This document shows positions 17,700 through 25,275 of a stretch of DNA of 64,000 nt, piece by piece. This stretch comes from a virus (Duplodnaviria; Caudoviricetes), in IMG/VR virus record IMGVR_UViG_3300032274_000001, positions 8,939-72,938 of that record. One strand, 5' to 3'. Both the position numbers and the translations under genes were made by a program. The notes under the pieces were generated by a model. It was given only the letters and a program-made list of their open reading frames with translations, was not told the origin of the DNA and did not search any database. Position 1 is the first letter of the stretch. Every line of letters begins with the position of its first letter.

Positions 17700-18023
17700 T
17701 CAGTTTTTGCGACGACGCTTCTTCGGCTTGGCTGTCGTCGTAGGCGTTGCACTCGGTATCGGTGACGGCGTCACTTCGATGTACTTGTGCCCGGGGCAGA
17801 TCCGCTCGCCCTTCACCTCTCGGCACTTCACATGGCTACCCAAGGCGATTATGTCTTGGTGATGGGTCACGATGACCCCGTGAGCGTTCAGGATCGCCCG
17901 CTCTGCCACGTAGAGCCGGTAGGCTACTCCGCCCAGGGCGAGAGACAGCATGCCCATGCAGAGCCACACAGGGCCCCTGACGGGCCGACGCTTGGCGCGG
18001 TGCGGGTCTAGGAGGTCGGTCAT
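17700..18023 (-). CDS. Small membrane protein
   Basis: TM VWLCMGMLSLALGGVAY, basic tail. Confidence 0.5.
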   Translation of the reverse strand: MTDLLDPHRAKRRPVRGPVWLCMGMLSLALGGVAYRLYVAERAILNAHGVIVTHHQDIIALGSHVKCREVKGERICPGHKYIEVTPSPIPSATPTTTAKPKKRRRKN

Positions 18024-18181
18024 TGGGGTAGCCCCATCTGCGCTTCGTAAAGGCGGGCCAGGAGGGCGCTGATCGCCTCCTGGTCGTCGTCGCCAAGAAG
18101 CGATTGGAGGCCATCGAGAACCATCATCAGTTCGGGAACACTGAGGTCGATGGTCACCTTGATGTCGTCGAGGTCGGTCAC
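18020..18181 (-). CDS. Small hypothetical protein
   Basis: GTG 18181 overlaps the upstream stop. Confidence 0.45.
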   Translation of the reverse strand: MTDLDDIKVTIDLSVPELMMVLDGLQSLLGDDDQEAISALLARLYEAQMGLPQ

Positions 18182-18840
18182 TTCAGTTCTCCTCTCCGGG
18201 CAGCCTCGTTGAGCAGCCAGAGGCATCCGTTGAAGGCACGCTTGTCTTGGGGGTTGTCGAACGGGTGAGGGCGGAACGTGCCGTCTCGGCCGTGGCCGAT
18301 GGCCGCCCGGGTCTCGACCTTCACCCCGAAGGCGAACTCGATGCCCAACTCGTAGCCGGCGGTCTGGAGCTCGGCGCCGGAGATCCAAGACGACTTCCAG
18401 TCCTGCACTCCGACCTTGCCGTAGGCGATCCCGATGGAGTCGGCCGTCCACCCGAACCCCGATGGGTGCCAACCTCGGATCTCCAAGGCCATCTCCTGTG
18501 TCCCGTCTGGGTTCTCGATCCACAGCGGCTCGTACCCGACCAGCTCGCGCCACCCACGGTTGGCCTCAAGCTGGGGCTCGAACTCCGCAAGTACCTCGGG
18601 GTCGAGGTTGAGCTCGTCGAGTCTGCCCCGGATGTCGGCTTCGATGATCTCGTGGAGGATGGTCCCACGGTTGCGGTGCTCCTCGGTGAAGTCGGGCATC
18701 TCGTGTCGGCAGACCCGGTGCCAGGTGTTCACCACCGTCGTCGTGGGGAATAGCTTCTGTCCATCGACGCGGTACTCGTGGTGGGTCTCGTCGAAAGTGA
18801 ACGCTCGGGCCAAGAACTCTTCGCTGTACTTGAGGATCAT
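18178..18840 (-). CDS. PD-(D/E)XK exonuclease (RecB/Cas4-like fold)
   Basis: FDETHHEYRVDG..., RGTILHE, TADSI...DWKS...Q..GY. Confidence 0.8.
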   Translation of the reverse strand: MILKYSEEFLARAFTFDETHHEYRVDGQKLFPTTTVVNTWHRVCRHEMPDFTEEHRNRGTILHEIIEADIRGRLDELNLDPEVLAEFEPQLEANRGWRELVGYEPLWIENPDGTQEMALEIRGWHPSGFGWTADSIGIAYGKVGVQDWKSSWISGAELQTAGYELGIEFAFGVKVETRAAIGHGRDGTFRPHPFDNPQDKRAFNGCLWLLNEAARRGELK

Positions 18841-19061
18841 GGCTGGCCCAGTGCCTTGCGGTTGTTTTCGAGCCGCCGTTCCTCCATGGCCCCGTGCTGC
18901 TTGCAGTAGAGCCCATCTGGTCCGTGGCCGCGCTTGCGAGAGCACTGGCGAGAGTGCCACTGACCCTCGGGGTAGACTTCCTCAATGCACTTGCGGCGAT
19001 CCTCGGGGTATCCGTTCGGGTTGCCGCTCCACTCCCCGTACCTGCGACGCTCGGAGGTCAT
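18837..19061 (-). CDS. Small Cys/His protein
   Basis: QCSRK.GHG.DGLYCKQH. Confidence 0.6.
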   Translation of the reverse strand: MTSERRRYGEWSGNPNGYPEDRRKCIEEVYPEGQWHSRQCSRKRGHGPDGLYCKQHGAMEERRLENNRKALGQP

Positions 19062-19066
19062 GGGCC

Positions 19067-19984
19067 CTACCCGTCCGACCCTGGCTCGGGGAATTCCTCG
19101 TCCTCGGCACCGCTGACCGGCTCCCCGGCATCGAACACGAGGTCTTGGATCTCGATCAGGTTGAGGTACTTGCCTTTGCGCTGGAGGACCGCGACCACCT
19201 TCGCGTTGTTCTCGTGAGCGGTGCTGATCTGCTCAGGGAAGTTGTCGTCGAACCCCGAGGCCATCATCCCGCCCTCGAACGTCACGACGGTGCGCGTGTA
19301 CCCGGACCCATCGCCGCGCTTGCCCGGCTTGGTTTCGTACTTCTCCACCTTGAGCGTGAGGAGGCGCTTCTCGTTCTCCTTCCAGTCGGCGGGCGGACCT
19401 CCGGTGGAAGAGCTACCCCCACGCTTGCCGGAGCTCTTCGCGGTCTTGCCGCCAGAGGCAGACCCCCCACCCTGGACGTGGCCCATCTCCTCGGCCGGGG
19501 TGGCGTTGAATCCCGCCAAGACCATGATCCAGGAGAAGCCCAGACGGGCAGCCTTGCCGGTCGCTCGAGTCGCAGCCATGGACCGCCGAGCGTTGGATGG
19601 CTGGTCTGCCCAGCACCGCGAGCCCTGCATGTCGTCTGCGCGCCCACATTCGGCCGATGCGCGGCCTACGATCTCTCCCGAGGCCATGTGCACCAACTCG
19701 ACCGTCGCCTCGTAGGAGCCATCCTCGGAGTCCCGGAAGTTGGTCACCTCGCGGGGCATGATGCCGATCATGGCCAGAAGGGAAGTCCACCCCTCGGCCT
19801 TCACGTGCCGGCCGTCGCCGATGGCCACGTACAGCTCGCGCTCTTCGATGATCGGGGCGAGCACGTTGGCGATCTCCGTCGCCTGCCTGACGCGCTCCGC
19901 CGGGGCGATGCCGTCTCCGATCAGGGCAACGTCGGTTCCTACTCCATGGGGTGCCTGGGTGGGCACTACTTCAGTCTCTGCCAT
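19067..19984 (-). CDS. Putative ssDNA-annealing recombinase
   Basis: HVKAEGW..., SMAATRATGKAAR..FSWIM..AGF.ATPAEEM; beside the exonuclease; AGGAGG RBS before ATG 19984. Confidence 0.55.
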   Translation of the reverse strand: MAETEVVPTQAPHGVGTDVALIGDGIAPAERVRQATEIANVLAPIIEERELYVAIGDGRHVKAEGWTSLLAMIGIMPREVTNFRDSEDGSYEATVELVHMASGEIVGRASAECGRADDMQGSRCWADQPSNARRSMAATRATGKAARLGFSWIMVLAGFNATPAEEMGHVQGGGSASGGKTAKSSGKRGGSSSTGGPPADWKENEKRLLTLKVEKYETKPGKRGDGSGYTRTVVTFEGGMMASGFDDNFPEQISTAHENNAKVVAVLQRKGKYLNLIEIQDLVFDAGEPVSGAEDEEFPEPGSDG

Positions 19985-20052
19985 TGTCGAGCCTCCTCCT
20001 ATCGGGGGGTTGGGGCAGACGATACTGCCGTCTCTGTCCGGGCCAGGTTCGG

Positions 20053-20082
20053 GGTATACCATGACAAACGAGCCGATGTAAA
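20053..20082 (-). promoter_or_regulatory. Candidate leftward sigma70-type promoter
   Basis: Minus strand TTTACA-18 nt-TATACC with TG extension; shares TGTAAACCCCCG with the 8777 site. Confidence 0.5.
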
Positions 20083-20108
20083 CCCCCGGGCGAGTTTATC
20101 ACCCGGGC

Positions 20109-20137
20109 TGGACAAGGCTCGGAGGTGGGCGTATTTG
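20109..20137 (+). promoter_or_regulatory. Candidate rightward promoter
   Basis: TGGACA-17 nt-TATTTG upstream of GGAGGAG RBS and ATG 20164. Confidence 0.4.
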
Positions 20138-20163
20138 TCTGGCCTTGACCGGAGGAGAGACGA

Positions 20164-20424
20164 ATGATGGTCGGCGGACGAGGAATGCAATGCGATGCCC
20201 CGGGGTGCAGGGAAGCCTTCACAGAGCCACCACTTAGCGGGTGGGGGCGCCCTTCGCGCTTGGGTAGTACTCGGCTCCACGGGGCCGCCAGTCGCGCCGG
20301 GTGGGATTGGTTCACCGGCATGCTGGAGCGCACCTATCACTTCTGCCCGAACCACGTGGGCAAGACAGAGCACGCCCGCATGTTGCGACTGTGCTCCGAG
20401 AGCATGAAGGAGATTAGCGAATGA
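20164..20424 (+). CDS. Small Zn-finger-like protein
   Basis: CDAPGC...FCPNH...C; strong RBS. Confidence 0.6.
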   Translation: MMVGGRGMQCDAPGCREAFTEPPLSGWGRPSRLGSTRLHGAASRAGWDWFTGMLERTYHFCPNHVGKTEHARMLRLCSESMKEISE

Positions 20425-21143
20425 GCGGAATGGCACTCATGCCGGGGCAGCAGATGTCCTACAAGCGACTCGCGGACTGGGCGAAGACTGCCCCCGCGGA
20501 TCAACTACAAACCGTCTACGGGCAAGCCAGGGACCTCCACAAGCGGGCCTGGATCTACATGGCCATCACGTGCGGCGTCGCCTCGGAACGCACCGAGGGT
20601 GCCCTCACGGGTAGCGAGCTCGCGCAGACGTTCGACGTCTCGGCTATGCAGGTCTCGCGGCACATCCGGATCTACAGCCAGATCCTTCAGCCCCGGATCG
20701 AGCTACAGGGCGAGAACGCCGAGTTCTCCCTGTGGGAGGAGCACTACTTTCACCTGGCCCTGGACGCTGCCCGGCACGTGGCAGACACGGACGCGAAACT
20801 GTCGGCGTTGCAGTTCATCGAGATGGCCGAAGACGGTGGGTTCCCGACTCCCACGTCGTTCAAGGCTCATCTGATCGCACACCAGATGCTGCCCGGTGAC
20901 GACGGCTCGACGGACGTCAACTTCAGAGCCGCCGGCCCTGCGGGCAAGGTGCTCAAGGCGGTCGTCACGCTGTCTTCGGTGGATGACGAGGTGAAGAAGG
21001 AAGTCTTGGAAAAGATGGCCGACATGGACCTCGACGTCGGTACTCGTATCGGGGATGCCATCGAGTTCCTCGGGTACATGCAGAGCGAGCGCGACAGGGC
21101 GGTGGCGTCTCACGGCGAGGGGAAGGCCAGGGCGACGGCATGA
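20421..21143 (+). CDS. HTH-containing phage protein
   Basis: GSELAQTFDVSAMQVSRHIRIY. Confidence 0.6.
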   Translation: MSGMALMPGQQMSYKRLADWAKTAPADQLQTVYGQARDLHKRAWIYMAITCGVASERTEGALTGSELAQTFDVSAMQVSRHIRIYSQILQPRIELQGENAEFSLWEEHYFHLALDAARHVADTDAKLSALQFIEMAEDGGFPTPTSFKAHLIAHQMLPGDDGSTDVNFRAAGPAGKVLKAVVTLSSVDDEVKKEVLEKMADMDLDVGTRIGDAIEFLGYMQSERDRAVASHGEGKARATA

Positions 21144-21490
21144 GTTGGGACATGCACTGGCAAGCCGATCTAGGCGGGCCTGAGCCGGTCCAGGTCGGGG
21201 ACCTAGACGCTAACGTGACGAGCAACCTGAGCCCAATGATGGCCGCGGCCGTCGAAGCGGTGCACGGTGCGGACGAACCCCGGAAGCACTGGAGCGACTT
21301 CAATGGCATGAAGGCGGCCGAACTGGCGGCTCACCTAGAGCCCGTGCTGTCGTACCTGGAGGCCAACGACCTATCCGCGTTGAACCCGCCGAATGGGTGG
21401 GGTTCTCAAGAAGGCCTCACCGAAGTCGTGCGAAAGATCGTAGAGACGGCCCAGGACGTACCGGAGGCGACGCTATGGGCGTGGGGGTGA
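21140..21490 (+). CDS. Hypothetical phage protein
   Basis: N.T.NL.PM...LNPPNGWGS pattern, coupled. Confidence 0.6.
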   Translation: MSWDMHWQADLGGPEPVQVGDLDANVTSNLSPMMAAAVEAVHGADEPRKHWSDFNGMKAAELAAHLEPVLSYLEANDLSALNPPNGWGSQEGLTEVVRKIVETAQDVPEATLWAWG

Positions 21491-21843
21491 GCAAGGAAGA
21501 GGTCCTGTTGGTGCGCCGTCCACGGAGGATCGGAGCGCCATGATCGAAGGGATTATCATGCTCTTAATCGGGATAATCGTGGGCCTCGTTCCGTGGCGCA
21601 GTGTGCGGAAAGGAAACAAACGGGAGCCATGACCCAGCCCCTCTCACTCCAAGAAGCCAGGGGACAAATCACGCGACTCAAGAAAGCCGGTGACCGCTTG
21701 GCAAAGATCGTGCAGATCGGCGCAAACCTTGTCGGAGACGTGAGCCTCTCCGCGCCGTGCCAGCCCGTCATCGACTGGAACAAAGCAAAGAAACGCAAGA
21801 TCCCACCTGTGAGGCACCTCGTCCCGAAGGTGTGGAGAGAGGA

Positions 21844-22842
21844 ATGAAATTCGGCTCGCTCTTCTCTGGAATCGGAGGCATCGACCTGGGCCTCGAACGC
21901 GCTGGAATGCAATGCGCCTGGCAAGTGGAGCAAGATGAGTTCTGCCAACGAATCCTCGCCAAACACTGGCCAGATGTCCCTCGATTCGGAGATGTTCGGG
22001 ATGTCACCAGCGCCGAGCCCGTCGACCTCCTCGCCGGTGGTTTCCCCTGTCAGCCCTTCAGCGTCGCAGGCAACCAGCAAGGGACCGACGACGATCGGCA
22101 CCTGTGGCCCGAGTTCGCACGGCTGGTGCGTACTCTACGACCCCGTTGGGTGCTCGCTGAGAACGTCCCTGGCCTCCGAACTATCGCAGCTGACGAAGTG
22201 CTCAGCGATTTGGAGGCAGCAGACTACACCGCATGGCCGCTCGTGGTGGGTGCTCGCCATGTCGGAGCCCCTCACCGGAGAGACCGAGTTTGGATCGTGG
22301 CCCACGCCCAAGGCGGTGGACGGGAGAAGCAAAGGGAATGGGGGGGCTCGCAAATCACCCAGCCTCGACCAGATCGCAAGAGAGGGATCGTGGCCCACGC
22401 CAACAGCCACGGAGTACGGGAGCAACCAGTCCCCATCCGAGGGGGCTGCGATTCGTCCGAGCTTGGCGGGCTTGGTGTCGGCCAGGCCGACACCAACAGC
22501 GGCAGATGCGAACAGCAGCGGCTCGGCGGGGTACTCAACGGAAAGCGGGAGATCCGCAGGGGTGACGCTCACGGACGCGACGGTGAGGGGGTGGGCGACG
22601 CCCAACCAAACCAACCGGAAGTCCCCAGACCTCGAGACCACCGTTGGCCAGCCGGACCCGGCCAACCCCAACACGAATGGGAAGAGCCGCGCACGGTTGA
22701 ATCACCGGTGGGTGTGTCAGCTCCAGGGCTTCCCCGCAGACTGGCTCGACATCGAAGACAATCCCTGAAGGCTCTCGGCAATGCGTGTGTGCCTCAGGTG
22801 GTAGAACAGATCGGGAGGGCGATCATGGAACTGGGTGTCTGA
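21844..22842 (+). CDS. C5-cytosine DNA methyltransferase (main/alpha chain)
   Basis: Motifs I FSGIGG, IV GFPCQPFS, VI ENV, VIII HRRDRVW, X LGNACVPQ; no in-frame motif IX. Confidence 0.92.
   Translation: MKFGSLFSGIGGIDLGLERAGMQCAWQVEQDEFCQRILAKHWPDVPRFGDVRDVTSAEPVDLLAGGFPCQPFSVAGNQQGTDDDRHLWPEFARLVRTLRPRWVLAENVPGLRTIAADEVLSDLEAADYTAWPLVVGARHVGAPHRRDRVWIVAHAQGGGREKQREWGGSQITQPRPDRKRGIVAHANSHGVREQPVPIRGGCDSSELGGLGVGQADTNSGRCEQQRLGGVLNGKREIRRGDAHGRDGEGVGDAQPNQPEVPRPRDHRWPAGPGQPQHEWEEPRTVESPVGVSAPGLPRRLARHRRQSLKALGNACVPQVVEQIGRAIMELGV
21935..22768 (+). CDS. Nested +1-frame ORF, probable methyltransferase beta subunit
   Basis: Four (W/R)(P/A)TP repeats and terminal RLNHRWVCQLQGFPADW resembling motif IX. 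Confidence 0.7.
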   Translation: MSSANESSPNTGQMSLDSEMFGMSPAPSPSTSSPVVSPVSPSASQATSKGPTTIGTCGPSSHGWCVLYDPVGCSLRTSLASELSQLTKCSAIWRQQTTPHGRSWWVLAMSEPLTGETEFGSWPTPKAVDGRSKGNGGARKSPSLDQIAREGSWPTPTATEYGSNQSPSEGAAIRPSLAGLVSARPTPTAADANSSGSAGYSTESGRSAGVTLTDATVRGWATPNQTNRKSPDLETTVGQPDPANPNTNGKSRARLNHRWVCQLQGFPADWLDIEDNP

Positions 22843-23060
22843 CGTTGGCGGACATCGCCAAGATGACCGACCTTGGCCGCAGGGCCTCTACCCTCAGGAC
22901 GGGGCTAATCTTTCCGTGCGGGGAGAGGGCGGGCTTGCGTACCGACGTTCCGCTACCGCTGCTGAGCGACAGCCACCAGGCGAATCTACGGTCTGTGGAG
23001 GCTGATCACCTGGCGTCTTGTGGAACTTGCCGAGAGATTGTGAGACAGCACAAACAGCAA

Positions 23061-23085
23061 AGCCCCGGGGAATGACCCCCGGGGC
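23061..23085. repeat. Perfect 10-bp inverted repeat
   Basis: AGCCCCGGGG-AATGA-CCCCGGGGCT at the start of the gap before the replication genes. Confidence 0.6.
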
Positions 23086-23186
23086 TCACTGTCAACCTTC
23101 GACCGCCAAGAAGAAGGGGAGCCAGAAGGGAAGACCAGGAGGCGAGATGGCCAGACCAACCACTCAACACAGCCGAGGAACCCTCA

Positions 23187-24908
23187 ATGACTGACCACAG
23201 CGGTACCACGACGCAATTCGTCGCGCCAAGCGTTTCGCTAAACTTTCTCCCCGATGGGGCCCCGGTGTTGGAAGTTCAGGGGGTTCCGTTCCAGGCCAGG
23301 GCGGCCGAGCGGTTCATCCGGTACCTGAGGCGGGCTCTGCGGCGGGCATCGGCCTTGCCCCCGAAGAACCCTTGGCGGATCGGCGTTAAGCCGGCGAGCC
23401 TCGATGACTTCGCCTACCTGACCCTGACCCGGCCCGGAATGGCGCGCCTGGAGTACCGGGGCCGATCCTGGGAGTTCACCGCCCAGGGCAGTGAGGCTCT
23501 GCTCGAGGAGTGCATAGAGCGCTACTACCGGGGCATCCTGCCCTGGCTGACCAAGACCAACCGCCGAGCCAAGCTCAACGATGTCCTCGGCGAGATACAG
23601 AAGTCGGTCGATTCCCTCGCGGGGAACGCTCCGCCACCGCCGGCCAAGCCCCCCAGGCCCCAGAAAGCCCCCGAGAGGCCCCAGGGGACGTTCCCGTGGT
23701 TCGAGAAGGCCAGGGGGTGCGATTCTCCCGGAAGCCCCCTGGGGGCGATTCTGGGCGCCGTAGAGGGGGAGTCTGTGTTGGTCTCGGCGGTCGAATGGCG
23801 AGACGCGAGGTTCCTGCACCTGCAACGGTGGTGGCCCGACCTGGACCTTCGGTACCGGCCAGGGAAGTCGCCGATCACCATCCGGCTCAGGGAGATCAAC
23901 CGATTCGTCGGGGTGCTCCAGAGAGCCGTGCGCAAGGGGTTTGCCAAGATGTCGGTGGGCAGGCTCAGGGGGGACGGACTGTGGCTGACCGCAGAGCTCA
24001 ACCAGAACGGAGGGTTCCTTTCGCTGAAATCCACCCGGGGCGGAGAGCTGGAGCTGCCGTTGTCGCAGTGCGATGAGCTCCTGCGGTTGGCCGGCCTGTG
24101 CGGGCCGACTCTTGCAGGAATGCAATACCAACCGTGGGCCGAGGAGGAGGTTGTCGAGGTCTTGGCTACCGGCACTCACGGGGGTGGAGAAGTGCCCACT
24201 GGGGTTGAGGTTTCCAAGGGTGGCACAGAACCTGCAACGCGGGTGCGCGCACAGCGCCCGTCCGCGTCTTTTCGGTGTTCGGGAGATCGGGAACATGGGG
24301 AACCTAAAAAGCGGTTCCCCAGTAGCGCGCCTGAGGGGCGGCTTGCTGGGCAAGGGGGGCAAATCTCTCTGACTCTCGTGGGTGGAGTGAACCCTCAGGC
24401 AGAGAAGCCCAAGCCTAAACGCAAGAAAAACCGTGGGCAATTAGTAGTAGGGCGGTACTACGGGAAGGTACGGGAAAGGCTGGGACCTGCAGCGCCGAAC
24501 CCGAACTGGGCCAAGGACCTCGGGAGGTGCAAGCGGATGCTCCTGGACCTGGACGCGATGGCGGAAAAGCAGTTCCCCGGGGCGTCGCAGGAGGAGCTTC
24601 GGGCCAGGGTAGACAAGCGCGTCGGGGAGCTCATGGACCAGGCATGGGAGGACAAGTGGTTCCGGGACCTGACGGCTCCGCACTTCGGGTGCTTCTACTC
24701 GATTTGGACGCGGCTCAACTCGGCGATCGTGGTAGGCAGGCAAGCGATGCGTCGGAAGTTCTACGAGCAGTACTCAGGCCCGGAGACATCGGTGGATCCG
24801 GGGACGATCTACGCTTTCTTCGAGCGCCACGTTGGCCACGAGGGAGCGATCAGGGAGGTGACGAGAGTGCACGGAGCGGAGACGGCGAAGGAGTTTGGCA
24901 ATGGCTGA
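23187..24908 (+). CDS. Putative replication protein with internal PC4/YdbC-like ssDNA-binding domain
   Basis: VSAVEWRDARFLHLQRWW...RPGKSPITIRLREI resembles the PC4 fold; lies upstream of the helicase. Confidence 0.55.
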   Translation: MTDHSGTTTQFVAPSVSLNFLPDGAPVLEVQGVPFQARAAERFIRYLRRALRRASALPPKNPWRIGVKPASLDDFAYLTLTRPGMARLEYRGRSWEFTAQGSEALLEECIERYYRGILPWLTKTNRRAKLNDVLGEIQKSVDSLAGNAPPPPAKPPRPQKAPERPQGTFPWFEKARGCDSPGSPLGAILGAVEGESVLVSAVEWRDARFLHLQRWWPDLDLRYRPGKSPITIRLREINRFVGVLQRAVRKGFAKMSVGRLRGDGLWLTAELNQNGGFLSLKSTRGGELELPLSQCDELLRLAGLCGPTLAGMQYQPWAEEEVVEVLATGTHGGGEVPTGVEVSKGGTEPATRVRAQRPSASFRCSGDREHGEPKKRFPSSAPEGRLAGQGGQISLTLVGGVNPQAEKPKPKRKKNRGQLVVGRYYGKVRERLGPAAPNPNWAKDLGRCKRMLLDLDAMAEKQFPGASQEELRARVDKRVGELMDQAWEDKWFRDLTAPHFGCFYSIWTRLNSAIVVGRQAMRRKFYEQYSGPETSVDPGTIYAFFERHVGHEGAIREVTRVHGAETAKEFGNG

Positions 24909-25275
24909 GGACAAGAAGGTTCACGTGTTTGCGTGCACAGAGCACGACATGGCTCTTGGTGGTGGTCCTTTGCCCACGCATCCGAAAGCGATTGAGGTTC
25001 AGGATCGCATGACGAAGCCCATCAAGGGCGAACTGCGCGCCCTACGTAATGCCTACGAGGCCCTACGAAAACAGGGCTGGCGAGAGGTCATGTACGCGCC
25101 GAAGGATGGGTCAATGCTGGCGCTGATTCTTCCCGATTGTGCAGTGGTCGTAGAGGGGAACCGAGACAAGCATGGGTTCATGATGTTCGATGGCGACGGT
25201 TGGCCGTGTGACCCCGTGCTGTGGCGCCCCCTCGAAGAGGTAGACCCAGAGTACAAGGGGACACCCGGTGAGTGA
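24901..25275 (+). CDS. Hypothetical phage protein
   Basis: YAPKDGS...P.LWRPL pattern, coupled. Confidence 0.55.
   Translation: MAEDKKVHVFACTEHDMALGGGPLPTHPKAIEVQDRMTKPIKGELRALRNAYEALRKQGWREVMYAPKDGSMLALILPDCAVVVEGNRDKHGFMMFDGDGWPCDPVLWRPLEEVDPEYKGTPGE

Noticed and set aside
18178-18840. Cas4 or CRISPR association
   Set aside because: No Fe-S Cys cluster, cas genes or array; context is recombination.
18434-20167. 577-aa + strand ORF
   Set aside because: Antisense to the exonuclease and annealase genes, which have RBS and motifs.
23238-24440. 400-aa minus-strand ORF
   Set aside because: Antisense shadow of 23187-24908; no recognisable motifs.
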